The notes: generated by a model not told the origin, from the letters alone. A stretch of DNA of 64,000 nt from Pristiophorus japonicus (GCF_044704955.1 NC_092003.1:7006001-7070000), one strand, 5' to 3'. Counted from the first letter of the stretch, positions 23,640 through 36,929 are shown. Translations and numbers: made by a program.

Positions 23640-24595
23640 CTCCCCAGTGGAGTAGCAGAGAGCTTTGAGACGTTAAGCCCTTGGAGAAGGCGCAGGGGAT
23701 ATTTACTCGAATGCTAGCCAGGGGTGAAAGACTTCAGTTACGTGACGAGACTAGAGAAACTGGGGTGGTTTCCCTTCGAGCGAAGATGGTCATGGGGAGA
23801 TTTGATAGAGGTCTTCAACATCCCGGAGGGTTTTACATAAAAACATAGAAACTAGGTGCAGGAGTAGGTCATTCGGCCCTTCGAGCCTTCAGTACCCCAT
23901 TCCTGCTTTCTCTCCATACCCCCTGATCCCTTTAGCCATAAGAGCCACATCTAACTCCCTTTTGAATATATCTAACGAACTGTCCTCAACAACTTTCTGT
24001 GGTAGAGAATTCCACAGGTTCACAATTCTCTGAGTGAAGAAGTTTCTCCTCATCTCGGTCCTAAATGGCTTACCCCTTATCCTTAGACTGTGACCCCTGG
24101 TTCTGGACTTTCCCCAACATCAGGAACATTCTTCCTGCATCTAACCTGTCCAATCCTGTCAGAATTTTATATGTTTCTATGAGATCCCCTCTCATCCTTC
24201 TAAATTCCAGTGAATATAAGCCTAGTCAATCCAGTCTTTCTTCATATGTCAGTCAGTTTTGATAGTGTAAATGGAGAGAGACTGTTTCCAGTGGCAGGAG
24301 GGTCAGTAACCAGAGGCCACAGATTTAAAATAATTGGCATAAGAACCAGAGGGAAGAGAAGTGTTTTTTTTTTTAAAAACAGTGAGTTATGATCTGGAAT
24401 GCCCTGCCTGAAGGGGCGATGGAAGCAGATTCAATAGTAACTTTCAAAAGGGGGATTGGATGAATACTTCAAAATGGAAAAATCTGCAGGGCTATGGGGA
24501 AAGAGCTGGGGGGGAGTAGGACTGATTGCTCTTTCAGAGAGCCAGCATGGGCAGATGGGCCGAATGGTCTCCCTCTGCTGGGTGATTCTACAATA
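23640..24595. mobile_element. CR1 3' fragment (+) with nested - strand CR1 (~23835-24254)
   Basis: CR1 C-terminal motifs in both orientations. Confidence 0.7.
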
Positions 24596-24829
24596 CCGTG
24601 GTCATTACATAACACGTCCTGAGCCTGTGCGCCTCGTCAGTGAGCTTTGCTTCGGTGAATACGGACTTGCAGTATGAAGGGCAGGACATTCAGACACCCC
24701 GTCCGCTCTGATCAAAAACACTTCTTTTAATTCGCAGCTGCACGAGGGATTTTGCGGGATCAGATACCGTATGTTCATAATTCCAGAATTCATTCGTGCT
24801 TCACCTAGTTTACTGCCCTCTGTTACCTC

Positions 24830-25722
24830 CAGACTTGACTATTCCAACGCACTCCTGGCCGGCCTCCCACCTTTTGCCCGGCGTAAATTAGAGGTGATCC
24901 AAAACTCGGCTGCCTCTGTGTCCTAACTCACACCGAGTCCCGCTCACCCATCACCCCCTGTGCTCACTGCCCCCGTGTCCTAACTCGCACCGAGTCCCAC
25001 TCACCCATCACCCCCTGTGCTCACTGCCCCCGTGTCCTAACTCACACCGAGTCCCGCTCACCCATCACCCCCTGTGCTCACTGCCCCCGTGTCCTAACTC
25101 GCACCGAGTCCCGCTCACCCATCACCCCCTGTGCTCACTGCCCCCGTGTCCTAACTCGCACCGAGTCCCGCTCACCCATCACCCCCTGTGCTCACTGCCC
25201 CCGTGTCCTAACTCACACCGAGTCCCACTCACCCATCACCCCCTGTGCTCACTGCCCCCGTGTCCTAACTCACACCGAGTCCCACTCACCCATCACCCCC
25301 TGTGCTCGCTAACCTACATTGGTTCCGGTTAAACTGCCTCGATTTCAAAATTTTCATCCTTGTTTACAAATCCCTCCATGGCCCTCGCCCCTCCCTATCT
25401 CTGTAATCTCCTCCAGCCCCATAACCCCCCGAGATCTCTGCGCTCCTCTAATTCTGGCCCCCTGAGCATCCCTGATTATAATCGCTCCACCATCGGTGGC
25501 CGTGCCTTCTGTTGCCTGGGCCCCAAGCTCTGGAACTCCCTCCCTAAACCTCTCCGCCTCTCTCTCCTCCTTCAAGACGCTCCTTAAAACCTACCTCTGC
25601 TTTTGGTCACCTGCCCTAATTTCTCCTTCTGTGGCTCGGTGTCAGTTTTTGTTAATGTAACGCTCCTGTGAAGCGCCGTTGGATGTTCTCTGTTAAAGGT
25701 GCTATATAAATACAGGTTGTTA
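24830..25722 (+). mobile_element. L2-type LINE 3' end with internal 57-bp minisatellite (~24915-25310)
   Basis: RLDYSNALLAGLP...LEVIQNSAA [RVLTRTESRSPITP]n ...LHW...FKI.ILVYKSLHG.APPYLCNLL, and tail GCTATATAAATACA.GTTGTT. Confidence 0.75.
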
Positions 25723-26239
25723 GAGGGCACCACCTCCACAACCCATGACTCTCTTCTGATAACCCAAAACTAATAACCTTGTGAGATGATACCAAGTTTC
25801 AGAAGTCCTGTTCGACTTTAAAGTTAAGGGAATTCTCACAAACATAACCGTTGTGATTGTTGGATAAGTGGATTGCTACAGTATCATTTGCCATTCCTGC
25901 GGTTGTCAGTGATAAACGCCATTCGCAGAGCCCTAGATCGTCAGACAGCAGCGCTCTCCCGACACGACCGGTGAGAGTATGACATGTTTTGCACTTGAAC
26001 TGTATAAAATGCCCAGGAGTGCAATTCTAGACGGCCTTTCCCAAGTTGGGTGAAAAGACAAGATCCCTTGGTGGGACCCCCTCATTAATTCTGGAAGGCC
26101 AAAGCCCAACCCAGTGCCCTACCCTATGCCGTTGCTCATGTCTGAAACACGCGCCTGCCTCACAGAATCTCGTACACACTGTATTACAGCTGCACTATAT
26201 CTGGGTGGGTCAATCCTCAACACAGGCCTCATTGAAAAG

Positions 26240-27200
26240 TTCCTGGTGTCATTTGATCCTGAAATGAGCTTCCAGCCACATGTCTGCAGCATAACTAAGA
26301 CCGCCTATTTCCACCAAAGTAACATCACCCTGTCTCTGCTCCTGCCCCAGCTTATCCGCTGCTGAAACTCTCATCCGTGCTTTTGTTACTTCTAGACTTG
26401 ACTATTCCAACACACTCCTGGCTGGCCTCTCGCATTCTACCCTCCGTAACCTAGAGGTGATCCAAAACTTGACTGCCATGTGTCCTAACTAGCACCGAGT
26501 CCTGCTCACCCATCACCCACTGCGCTTGCTGCCCCGTGTCCTAACTAGCACCGAGTCCTGCTCACCCATCACCCACTGCGCTTGCTGCCCCGTGTCCTAA
26601 CTCTCACCCAGTCCCGCTCACCCATCACCCACTGCGCTTGCTGCCCCGTGTCCTAACTCGCACCGAGTCCCGCTCACCCATCACCCCCTGTGCTCGCTGC
26701 CCCCGGGCCCTAACTCGCACCCAGTCCCGCTCACCCATCACCCCCTGTGCTCGCTGCCCCGTGTCCTAACTCTCGCCCATCACCCCCCTGTGCTCACTGA
26801 CCTACATTGGCTCCCTGTTAAACACCACCTCGATTTCAAAATTCTCATCCTTGTTCACAAATCCCTCCATGGCCCTCGCTCCCCCCTATCTCTGTAATCT
26901 CCTCCAGCCCCACAACCCCCCCGAGATGTCTGCGCTCCTCTAATTCTGCCCCCTTGAGCATCCCTGACTATAGTCGCTCCACCATCAGTGGCCATGCCTT
27001 CTGTTGCCTGGGCCCCAAGCTCTAGAACTCCTTCCTTAAACCTCTCCGCCTCTTTCCTCCAAGATGCTCCTTAAAAATTTATGGTCACCTACCCTAATTT
27101 CTCCTTATGTGGCTTGATGTCAACTGTCTTGTCTCATGAATCTCCTGTGAAGCGCCTTGGGGTGTTTCTCCATGTTAAAGGCGCTATATAAATACAAGTT
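26240..27200 (+). mobile_element. L2-type LINE 3' end with internal 56/57-bp minisatellite
   Basis: FDPEMSFQPHVCSITKTAYFH...RLDYSN..., same structure as 24830-25722. Confidence 0.75.
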
Positions 27201-27841
27201 GGCGCTTTTGTCTTCCCATTGACCCTTTTCCAAGTACCGCAAATGATAAAAGGAAGTGATCACGTCAGAGCTTTGATCGGGGGGGGGGGGGGGAGGGGTT
27301 ACTAAAGCGGGAATGAGGAGCGAGATCTCTGGGGGCAGATACGTTCCTTTACCATGATGCGAGGAAGCTCCTATGTCCTTGGTGAAGATTCAGCAGCTGA
27401 TGGGTGTGCGGCATTTGGGAGCAGCGTGACTTTCCTTCGCGGTTACGCTTCGCAAGACGAAGGAACGTAACCCTCAAGTGAACCCTGTGTCTGTATTTGG
27501 TGCAGTGTGGGGTTTAAACCCTCCTGGGGCTCGGTGTGACGATTGTTGGTCCACTGTTCCATTAATATCTTTTATGATGGCTGCTTCTTTCTTTCCACCC
27601 CCCCCAATCTCCCAGTTGGGTTTGGTGTGTTGAGTCCGGCTGCCCACTTCGAGATGTTGCAGCCTCGTATTCTGCGAGATAAAACCGTTCACGAGCGAAG
27701 CTGCTTGCTTTGTTATCCTCCCTTTCCCCACTGACTCCGCCCACAAAGCAAATTCTGTTTTGTTCTCTGGAGAAGTTTCACGCAAAGTGTATGGATAATA
27801 AAACAGGGGAACTACCCATGGGCTGTATTTATCCCCATTTC

Positions 27842-28515
27842 AGAAGAAATAGGAGCAGGAGTAGGCCAAAAGGCCACTCGAGCCTGCTCCGCCATTTGAT
27901 ACGATCATGGCTGATCCGATCATGGACTCAGCTCCACTTCCCTGCCCGCTCCCTTATTCCCTTATCGTTTAAGAAACTATCTATTTCTGTCTTAAATGTA
28001 TTCAATGTCCCGGCTTCCACAGCTCTCTGAGGCAGCGAATTCCACAGATTTATAACCCTCTGAGAAGAAATTCCTCCTCATCTCAGTTTTAAATGGGCGG
28101 CCCCTTATTCTAAGACCATGCCCCCTAGTTCTAGTCTCCCCCATCAGTGGAAACATCCTCTCTGCATCCACCTTGTCAAGCCCCCTCATAATCTTATACG
28201 TTTCAACAAGATCACCTCTCATTCTTCTGAATTCCAATGAGTAGAGGCCCAACCTCCTCAACCTTTCCTCATAAGTCAATCCCCTCATCCCCGGAATCAA
28301 CTGAGTGAACCTTCTCTGAACTGAACAAAGCAAGTCTATCCTTTCGTAAAAATGGAAACCAAAACTGCACGCAGTACTCCAGGTGTGGCCTCACCAATAC
28401 CCTGTATAACTGTAGCAAGACTTCCCTGCTTTTATACTCCATCCCCCTTTGCAATAAAGGCCAAGATTCCATTGGCCTTCCTGATCACTTGCTGGACCTG
28501 CACACTAACCTTTTT
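27842..28515 (-). mobile_element. CR1 LINE 3' fragment
   Basis: ORFs 27992-28333 and 28269-28472 carry CR1 ORF2 C-terminal motifs. Confidence 0.85.
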
Positions 28516-28955
28516 CTGTGACTACACTGCGAAAAAAGTTCCTGTTTAAACTCTTTTACGACATTCTTGGTGGGTGCAAGAGTCGTGCGTGATTTTTCCT
28601 ATTTAAAAATCGGCGGCTCGTTGGTCTGTGAGCAGGTTGAGGGACGAAGAGTCGTTGGATAGATTATCTATTCGAAAAGAATAGGACTTTCGGGTGATAT
28701 GGGGGGGGGGGGGGCAGAACACAAGGGCTCGGGTACACGCACATAACCCGGTCAAATTCCCGCGGTAAGATTTTTTCGTTTCGGTGGCGGGGGTGCACAT
28801 GGAGAGCATAAATCCCTCCCCTCCCCCCCCCCCCCCCTCCGTCGTTTTAAGCCCCGCGTGCGTTTGATTCCGGCCTGGCTCCCACTCGGTGAATGCGCGG
28901 GCATCGTTCCGTGCTGCCCTTCCCTGTATTGATATGATGTGCTTTTTCCCCTCAG

Positions 28956-29007
28956 GTATGATCAGTTCGACTACGATAATTCCACCGAAACCCGCTATGC
29001 CCAATGA
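28956..29007 (+). CDS. RBM4: RNA-binding protein 4/14 family, terminal coding exon 3
   Basis: Acceptor GCTTTTTCCCCTCAG|G completes the phase-2 Arg codon, giving (R)YDQFDYDNSTETRYAQ*. Tyr/Asp composition matches exon 2. Total CDS 882 nt (293 aa). Confidence 0.7.
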
Positions 29008-29445
29008 ACCGACGAATTCCAACCACCTCCACCTCCTCCTCCGCCGCCGTCCGACCAGAAGTTTGCTCTCTCCAGACGAATGCGCGACCCCCACCATCGT
29101 GGCCAAACAGCGTTTAAACAAAATATATCTCTATCTATCTCTCTCTCTCTCTCTCTCTCTCGCTCTCAAAAATATAATCTCTGCAGCTCAGCCTTGTGAT
29201 CCGCGGGTTCTGTAAAACCCTCCCAACGCTATCGTTCCCACTGATGATTTGTGATCAGATGCAACTCGCCAGGGTTTTATTTTGCTGGGGAGGGTGGGGT
29301 TTGTTTTCCGAACACTTTCCTCCCCGTTTCTCCCCCCACCCCCCCTCCTCGATCTCCTTAAAAACCCAACGAACCTCCCCTCGTACAAATCCTGCTAATC
29401 GCCTCCCCGAATGCAAGTGCTTCTCTCTGTGTGGCGAAGGCCGCC

Positions 29446-29645
29446 NNNNNNNNNNNNNNNNNNNNNNNNNNNNNNNNNNNNNNNNNNNNNNNNNNNNNNN
29501 NNNNNNNNNNNNNNNNNNNNNNNNNNNNNNNNNNNNNNNNNNNNNNNNNNNNNNNNNNNNNNNNNNNNNNNNNNNNNNNNNNNNNNNNNNNNNNNNNNNN
29601 NNNNNNNNNNNNNNNNNNNNNNNNNNNNNNNNNNNNNNNNNNNNN
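29446..29645. other. Assembly gap (200 N)
   Basis: Run of n characters. Confidence 1.
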
Positions 29646-31241
29646 CTTGTTCCCACTTCCGCCCCCCCCCCCCCCCCCGCGATCTCCGGCCGTCCCTCGC
29701 GGCTGGAGTGCGGCCGTTTTGTGCGAGGTATCCGGGGGTTCGCTGCGGGTGCACGGGATCCGCCACTGAAGCTCAAGTCCGCAAACACAGTTACCGTAGG
29801 GGGAGGGGAGGGATCGGGGCGTTTGCCTGCTGCCGTGCCCCCACCCCCCCCACGCTCGTTTCCGCTCCGGGCGCCTGCCCGCAAACCGGCGGCTCTCGAG
29901 GCGCCGGGGGGTGGCTGAGGTGCGCGGCACAGCTTTGGGGCGGAGAACTGACTTCCAGCCCCCTCTTAAATGATCCTCGCCCTTTTAACTGTACCGCTGG
30001 TGCGAATAATAAGATTTAAAAAAATAAAAGGCTGCTTCTCCGTCTTCCCTGCCTCGGGCAGGGTGCTGTACTCCTACACCTCCTCGACAACGCTGTTCCC
30101 ACGCCGACTGCCGAGCGACGCACACGGAACGCCGATCCTCCTGTTGGTTGTACTTTTCTTTTGTCTTCCTGCAGCTCGGGGGGTGGTGGGTGGGGGAGGC
30201 GGTGTTGGAGGGCGGTTGCAAGTGCGTACGGCCGAATGTTACCGGGTCGAGGCTTACGGATACCGTTCGGACCTCCGACTTCCCCGAGGGAAAAGGTTCA
30301 CGCCCTTTTGCCCAGCTCCGGAAAAACGAGGTGCCGCTGTCTGATCGATGCCGCTGGCACAAACTGGAAAGCCGGGGGGGCAGGGGGGGGGGGTTCGATT
30401 GCCGACGCGTGCGTGGTTTGCTCAGCCGGCACGGAAGAGATGGCCGGGATGAGAATTGGCCGACTTTTTTTGCAATATTTCCGTGTGGCTGTCGGACTTG
30501 TTTGCGAGAGGACCGGCTGAGTGAGTGAGCGAGTGGGAGTGTGCCTTTCTACAGCTGCGACAGTAATACTCTTGAGCAAAGCTGCATTCTCTGGCAGGTA
30601 GGGGGCATGGCGAGTGTGCGCGCGCGCCTCTGTCGTGTTCAAGGGGTGCCCCCCCCCAACCCCGTGGTCTCTTGGAGGGAGCCGTAATGTGCAAATGGGC
30701 AGCTTTCCCCCTCCGCTGGTCCGGTGCGTAAACATGCCGTGCAGAGACCGAGCAGAAGGTTCCGCGTACATCCCCCCCCTGGTCCAGGCTGAGTCCTCTG
30801 GGGAGGGGTACCTCATTTGACTGCATCCTTGCCTGGTGTGTGTGTGTGGGGGCGGGGTGAAGTTTTGGCAGAGATCCTGTGCCCAACGGTTAGCCGGTGA
30901 CTCCTACCGAAGCGCGTGCGTTATGCGGACATTTGTGGTCGACACCGACTACCCCGCGCGTCATGACTACCCGGCATGAGGTGGGTTATTGGTGGTGAGA
31001 GAGAAGCTTTTGGGGGGGGTTGGGGGAGAGGTAGGAGTGGAATGGGATCCAGGGTGGTGCGTTTATACGTCCTGTCTGGTGTTAACTAAAATAAAAATGA
31101 GGCGCATTTAATTTACTTCCAGCATGACATGATTTAGTAGTTTATGTAATAATTGCCTACACTAGAGAACCAGTGTCTGAATTGAAGGAGTTGGAAGGGT
31201 GGGTAGGTAGGGGTGTTTTGTAACGTGTAGCTCTAAGATTC

Positions 31242-31247
31242 AATAAA
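31242..31247 (+). other. Candidate polyadenylation signal of the + RBM gene
   Basis: AATAAA followed ~20 nt later by a U/GU-rich tract (TTTTTTGCGTGTGTTTTG), ending a repeat-free stretch after the stop. Alternative AATAAA at ~30023 and ~31090. Confidence 0.45.
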
Positions 31248-31437
31248 ACGAAATCTGAAATACCTTTTTTGCGTGTGTTTTGACTTCAAATGTTTCTGCC
31301 GTGCTGTGTCACACACACCTCTGCTGCCCACTCTCAGGGGCCCAGGCAAACTGACCTTTAATCCTGTTTTTTTTTTTAAACTCGCTGGTTTGAGTTGCGT
31401 GCGTCTGGAGGTTTGATCTTGGTGCTGTTGTGGCCAC

Positions 31438-31685
31438 AGTGTCAGCTGTGGCTCAGTGGGCAGCACACGCACCTGAGTCAGTAGGTCGAGACCCACTCCA
31501 AAGAATTGAGCACAAAAATCCAGGCCGACACTCCCAGTGCAGTACCGGGGGCAGCGCTGCACTGTCGGAGGTGCCGTCTTTTGGATGAGGCTCCGACTGC
31601 CCCCTCGGGTGGATGTAAAAGATCACGCTGTCACCTAATGGAAGAAGAGCAGGGGGGTTCTCCCCGGTGTCCAGCCCAATATTTC
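31438..31685 (+). mobile_element. Deu-domain SINE 5' part with unexpanded (single-unit) internal repeat
   Basis: tRNA head GTCAGCTGTGGCTCAGTGG, one copy of the 33-bp unit, then the Deu core. A matching SINE tail lies at ~32690-32895. Confidence 0.7.
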
Positions 31686-31919
31686 TCGGAGCAACTGTGT
31701 GCACGAAGTCTCCCTTCTGCAGACGCATGCGCAGAAGCGAGAGTTGGGACAGATATCTCCGACTTTGCCCCATCCCCCAGCACAATTCCCACGGACCCTC
31801 TTCGGTGCCGGCGTCCTCCTCGACGCTCCATCCGGAACCGACACCACACGTTGCCTCCACTGTCTCTGATCCATTAGCTGCCCCGGGCCTCCGATCAGGC
31901 AGCTGGTGGCCAGGGTCAG

Positions 31920-32290
31920 TTTTGGGGGGGGAGGGGGAGAAGAGGGAGAGCGCGAGCTCTTGCGGGGGGGAGAAAGTGAGAGAGAGCAGGGGGGGGGTAG
32001 AAGAGAGAGCGGGGGAAAGAGCAAGTTGGGAGGGGGGGTCGAGGAGAGCGCGGGCTGGGGGGGGGGGAGGAGAGCGCGGGCTGAGGGGGGGAGGAGAGAG
32101 CGGGCTGGGGGGGGGGGGGGAGGAGAGAGCGGGCTGGGGAGGAGAGAGAGCGGGCTGGGAGGGGGGGGTGGGAGAGGAGAGAGAGCAAGAAAGCGGGCTG
32201 GGGGGGGGGGGAAGAAGAGAATGAACGAGCTGGAGGGGTGGAGGAGAGGGGGGGCGGTGGAGGGAGGGAGAGAGCTTGAGGGGGGATGGA
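31920..32290 (+). repeat. Polypurine G-rich low-complexity repeat
   Basis: GAGAGAGCGGGCTG(G)n units. Confidence 0.8.
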
Positions 32291-33384
32291 GCTCTGAGAA
32301 GTTGGATCACGTTCTTCCAACCCCTCTGGTGCATGAAAGCTTGGTGTGCATGTTACAGCGGACATGGTTAAGAGTGGATGAAATCCAAAAGTCACAACAC
32401 TGTCAGTATTCACTTCATACCCAATAAACCTGTTGACAATCCCACACAATGCCCCGTCTGAGGGGTTATGGTCTAGTGCTTGGGTAAGGGTCTTCAGCTG
32501 GCGGAGGATGCACTTACGCTGGGGCAATGGATCAAATTACAAAAGTAGTTCCGTACTTGGGCTGGGCTGTTCCGGTTACACATTCCAGAGGAACTCCAGG
32601 GTGTGTCTTATCCTCCAAGGGGACCAATCGGCAAGAGTTCCGGAGATCCAATCAGAGAGAAAGCTGCATTTCAGTTAGCACAAATAGATGTATCCAATAT
32701 TTATCCCTCAGTCAACATCATTAAAGAGATGATCTGGGTCATTATCACATTGTGTGTGGGAGCTTGCTTTGTGCAAATTGGCTGTTACGTTTCCCACATT
32801 ACAACAGTGACTACTCCTCAAAGGTACTTCATTTGGTGTGAAGCGCTTTGGGACGGCGAGAGGACTTGAAAGGCGCTATGGAAGTGCAAGACTTTTTTGT
32901 TAATCTCATAGAAAATAGGTGCAGGAGTAGGCCATTCAGCCCTTCTGCCACCATTCAATATGATTGTGGCTGATCATTCCCTCAGTGCCCCTTTCCTGCT
33001 TACTCTCCATACCCCTTCATCCCTTTAGCCCTAAGGGCCATATCTAACTCCCTCTTGAATATATCCAATGAACTGGCATCAATAACTGTCGGCGGTAGAG
33101 AATTCCACAGGTTAACAACTCTCTGAGTGAAGAAGTTTCTCCTCATCTCAGTCCTAAATGGTTTACCCCTTATCCTTAGATTATGTCCCCTGCTTCTGGT
33201 GAATCACTCCCAAACGAGATTCCCAGTCTATGGGTAGCAGCAACAGATTTAACTTGTATCCATATATACCTCTGCGGCATACAAAGACAACAACCGATGA
33301 CACGCCCGGAGTGGTAGGGTTTGGACTGCTGCGTGCAGATCTCAGTGGGAGCGGCACTACGCTGGGTCGGCGTCCTTGGGCCAT

Positions 33385-36300
33385 GAGCAAAAAGGGAGGG
33401 TGAACAGCCAGTTGTCGTGGTGCACATTGGTACCAACGATATAGGTTAAAAAAGGGATGAGGTCCTACAAGACGAATTTAAGGAGCTAGGAGCTAAATTA
33501 AAACGTAGGACCTCAAAAGTAGTAATCTCAGGATTGCTTCCAGTGCCACGTGCTAGTCAGAGTAGGAATCGCAGGATAGCTCAGATGAATACGTGGTGCA
33601 GCAGGGAGGGATTCAAATTCCTGGGGCATTGGAACCGGTTCTGGGGGAGGTGGGACCAGTACAAACCGGATGGTCTTCACCAAGGCAGGACCGGAACCAA
33701 TGTCCTAGGGGGAAGTGTTTGCTAGTGCTGTTGGGGAGGAGTTAAACTAATATGGCAGGGGGATGGGAACCAATGCAGGGAGACAGAGGGAAACAAAAAG
33801 GAGACAAAAGCAAAAGACAGCAAGGAGATGAGTAAAAGTGGAGGGCAGAGAAACCCAAGGCAAAAAAAGGGCCACTGAATATAAAGGGGCTGCAGGAGGG
33901 ATCAAAACTAAAAATCATGGTTTAAAAACTAGTATTAAAACACTCTACCTAAACGCACGCAGCATTCAAATAAAGTAAATGAGTTGATGGCACAAATCAT
34001 TACAAATGGGTATGATTTGGTGGCCATTACAGAAACGTGGTTGCAGGGTGGCCAAGACTGGGAATTAAACATACAGGGGTATCTGACGATTCGGAAAGAT
34101 AGACAAGAAGGGAAAGGAGGTGGGGTAGCTCTGTTAATAAAGGATGATATCAGGGCAGTTGTGAGAGATGATATTGGCTCTAATGAACAAAATGTTCAAT
34201 CATTGTGGGTGGAGATTAGAGATAGTAAGGGGAAAAAGTCACTGGTGGGTGTAGTTTATAGGCCCCCAAATAATAACTTCACGGTGGGGAGGGCAATAAT
34301 CAAGGGAATAATGGAGGCATGTGAAAAAGGAACGGCAGTAATCATGGGGGATTTTAACCTACATATCGATTGGTCAAATCAAATCGCAAGGGGTAGCCTT
34401 GAGGAGGAATTCATAGAATGCATACAGGATTGTTTCTTAGAACAGTATGTTACAGAACCTACAAGGGAGCAAGCTATCTTAGATCTGGTCCTGTGTAATG
34501 AGACAGGAATAATAAACGATCTCCTAGTAAAAGATCCTCTCGGAATGAGTGATCACAGTATGGTTGAATTTGTAATACAGATTGAGGGTGAGGAAGTAGT
34601 GTCTCAAACGAGCGTACTATGCTTAAACAAAGGGGACTACAGTGAGATGAGGGCAGAGTTGGCTAAAGTAGACTGGAAACACAGACTAAACGGTGGCACA
34701 ATTGAGGAACAGTGGAGGACTTTTAAGGAGCTCTTTCATAGTGCTCAACAAAAATATATTCCAGTGAAAAAGAAGGGCGGTAAGAGAAGGGATAACCAGC
34801 CGTGGATAACCAAGGAAATAAAGGAGAGTATCAAATTAAAAACTAATGCGTATAAGATGGCCAAGGTTAGTAGGAAAATAGAAGATTGGGAAAATTTTAA
34901 ACAACAGCAAAGAATGACTAAGAAAGCAATAAAGAAAGGAAAGATAGAATACGAAAGTAAACTTGCGCAAAACATAAAAACGGATAGTAAAAGCTTTTAC
35001 AGATATATAAAACGGAAAAGAGTGACTAAAGTAAATGTTGGTCCCTTAGAAGATGAGAAGGGGGATTTAATAATGGGAAATGTGGAAATGGCTGAGACCT
35101 TAAACAATTATTTTGCTTCGGTCTTCACAGTGGAAGACACAAAAACCATGCCAAAAATTGCTGGTCACAGGAATGTGGGAAGGGAGGACCTTGAGACAAT
35201 CACTATCACTAGTGGGGTAGTGCTGGACAGGCTAATGGGACTCAAGGTAGACAAGTCCCCTGGTCCCGATGAAATGCATCCCAGGGTATTAAGAGATGGC
35301 GGAAGTTATAGCAGATGCATTCGTTATAATCTACCAAAATTCTCTGGACTCTGGAGAGGTACCAGCGGATTGGAAAGCAGCTAATGTAACGCCTCTGTTT
35401 AAAAAAGGGGGCAGACAAAAGATAGGTAACTATAGGCCGGTTAGTTTAACATCTGTAGTGGGGAAAATGCTTGAAACTATCATTAAGGAAGAAATAGCGG
35501 GACATCTAGATAGGAATAGTGCAATCAAGCAGACACAGCATGGATTCATGAAGAGGAAATCATGTTTAACTAATTTACTGGAATTCTTTGAGGATATAAC
35601 GAGTATGGTGGATAGAGGTGTACCGATGGATGTGGTGTATTTAGATTTTCAAAAGGCATTCGATAAGGTGCCATACAAAAGGTTACTGCAGAAGATAAAG
35701 GTACGCGGAGTCAGAGGAAATGTATTAGCATGGATCGAGAATTGGCTGGCGAACAAAAAGCAGAGAGTCGGGATAAATGGGTCCTTTTCGGGTTGGAAAT
35801 CGGTGGTTAGTGGTGTGCCACAGGGATCGGTGCTGGGACCACAACTGTTTACAGTATACATAGATGACCTGGAAGAGGGGACAGAGTGTAGTGTAACAAA
35901 ATTTGCAGATGACACAAAGATTAGTGGAAAAGCGGGTTGTGTAGAGGACACAGAGAGGCTGCAAAGAGATTTAGATAGGTTAAGCGAATGGCTAACGTTT
36001 GGCAGACGGAATACAATGTCGGAAAGTGTAAAGTCATCCACCTTGGGGGAAAAAAACAGTAAAAGGGAATATTATTTGAATGGGGATAAATTACAACATG
36101 CTGCGGTGCAGAGGGACCTGGGAGTCCTTGTGAATGAAACTCTTTATCCCAAAAAGTTAGTTTGCAGGTACAGCAGGTAATCAGGAAGGCGAATGGAATG
36201 TTGGCCTTCATTGCGAGAGGGATGGAGTACAAAAGCAGGGAGGTCCTGCTGCAACTGTACAGGGTATTGGTGAGGCCGCACCTGGAGTACTGCGTGCAGT

Positions 36301-36838
36301 TTTGGTCACCTTTCTTAAGGAAGGATATACTGGCTTTGGAGGGGGTACAGAGACGATTCACGAGGCTGATTCCGGAGATAAGGGGGTTACCTTATGATAG
36401 ATTGAGTACACTGGGTCTTTACTCGTTGGAGTTCAGAAGAATGAGGGGTGATCTTACAGAAACATTTAAAATAATGAAAGGGATAGACAAGATAGAGGCA
36501 GAGAGGTTGTTTCCACTGGTCAGGGAGACTAGAACTCGGGGGCACAGCCTCAAAATACGGGGGAGCCAATTTAAAACCGAGTTGAGAAGGAATTTCTTCT
36601 CCCAGAGGGTTGTGAATCTGTGGAATTCTCTGCCCAAGGAAGCAGTTGAGGCTAGCTCATTGAATGTATTCAAGTCACAGATAGATAGATTTTTAACCAA
36701 TAAGGGAATTAAGGGTTACGGGGAGCGGGCGGGTAAGTGGAGCTGAGTCCACGGCCAGATCAGCCATGATCTTGTTGAATGGCGGAGCAGGCTCGAGGGG
36801 CTAGATGGCCTGCTCCTGTTCCGAATTCTTATGTTCCT
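33385..36838 (+). mobile_element. Near-full-length, 5'-truncated CR1 LINE (ORF1 esterase remnant + frameshifted ORF2 + 3' UTR)
   Basis: ORF1 SGNH-like VVVHIGTNDIG at ~33410; APE endonuclease motifs (AITETW, GVVYRPP, MGDFN, ILDLVL, SDH); RT motifs (YLDFQKAFDKV, GVPQGSVLGP, KFADD); frameshifts near 35290 and 36000-36160. Confidence 0.93.
33984..36746 (+). pseudogene. CR1 ORF2 (endonuclease-reverse transcriptase), disrupted into three ORFs
   Basis: ORFs 33984-35384, 35296-36180 and 36162-36746 are consecutive pieces of one pol protein in different frames. Confidence 0.88.
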
Positions 36839-36929
36839 GTCAAGGTGACAATTGGGGACGTTCGGGGAGGATGAGATCGGACGCAGTGTCACTCGGGCGT
36901 GGCGCTCAGCAACGGTGGCAACAGTTCCA

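Noticed and set aside
27352-27403. Box C/D snoRNA call
   Set aside because: Only ~50 nt with an imperfect box C (ATGATGC); kept only as part of a low-confidence structure finding.
29196-30019. ORFs spanning the N-run
   Set aside because: Artifacts of translating through the assembly gap; the region is probably 3' UTR.
33984-36746. Potentially active or domesticated reverse transcriptase
   Set aside because: Ordinary CR1 with a 5' truncation and at least two ORF2 frameshifts.
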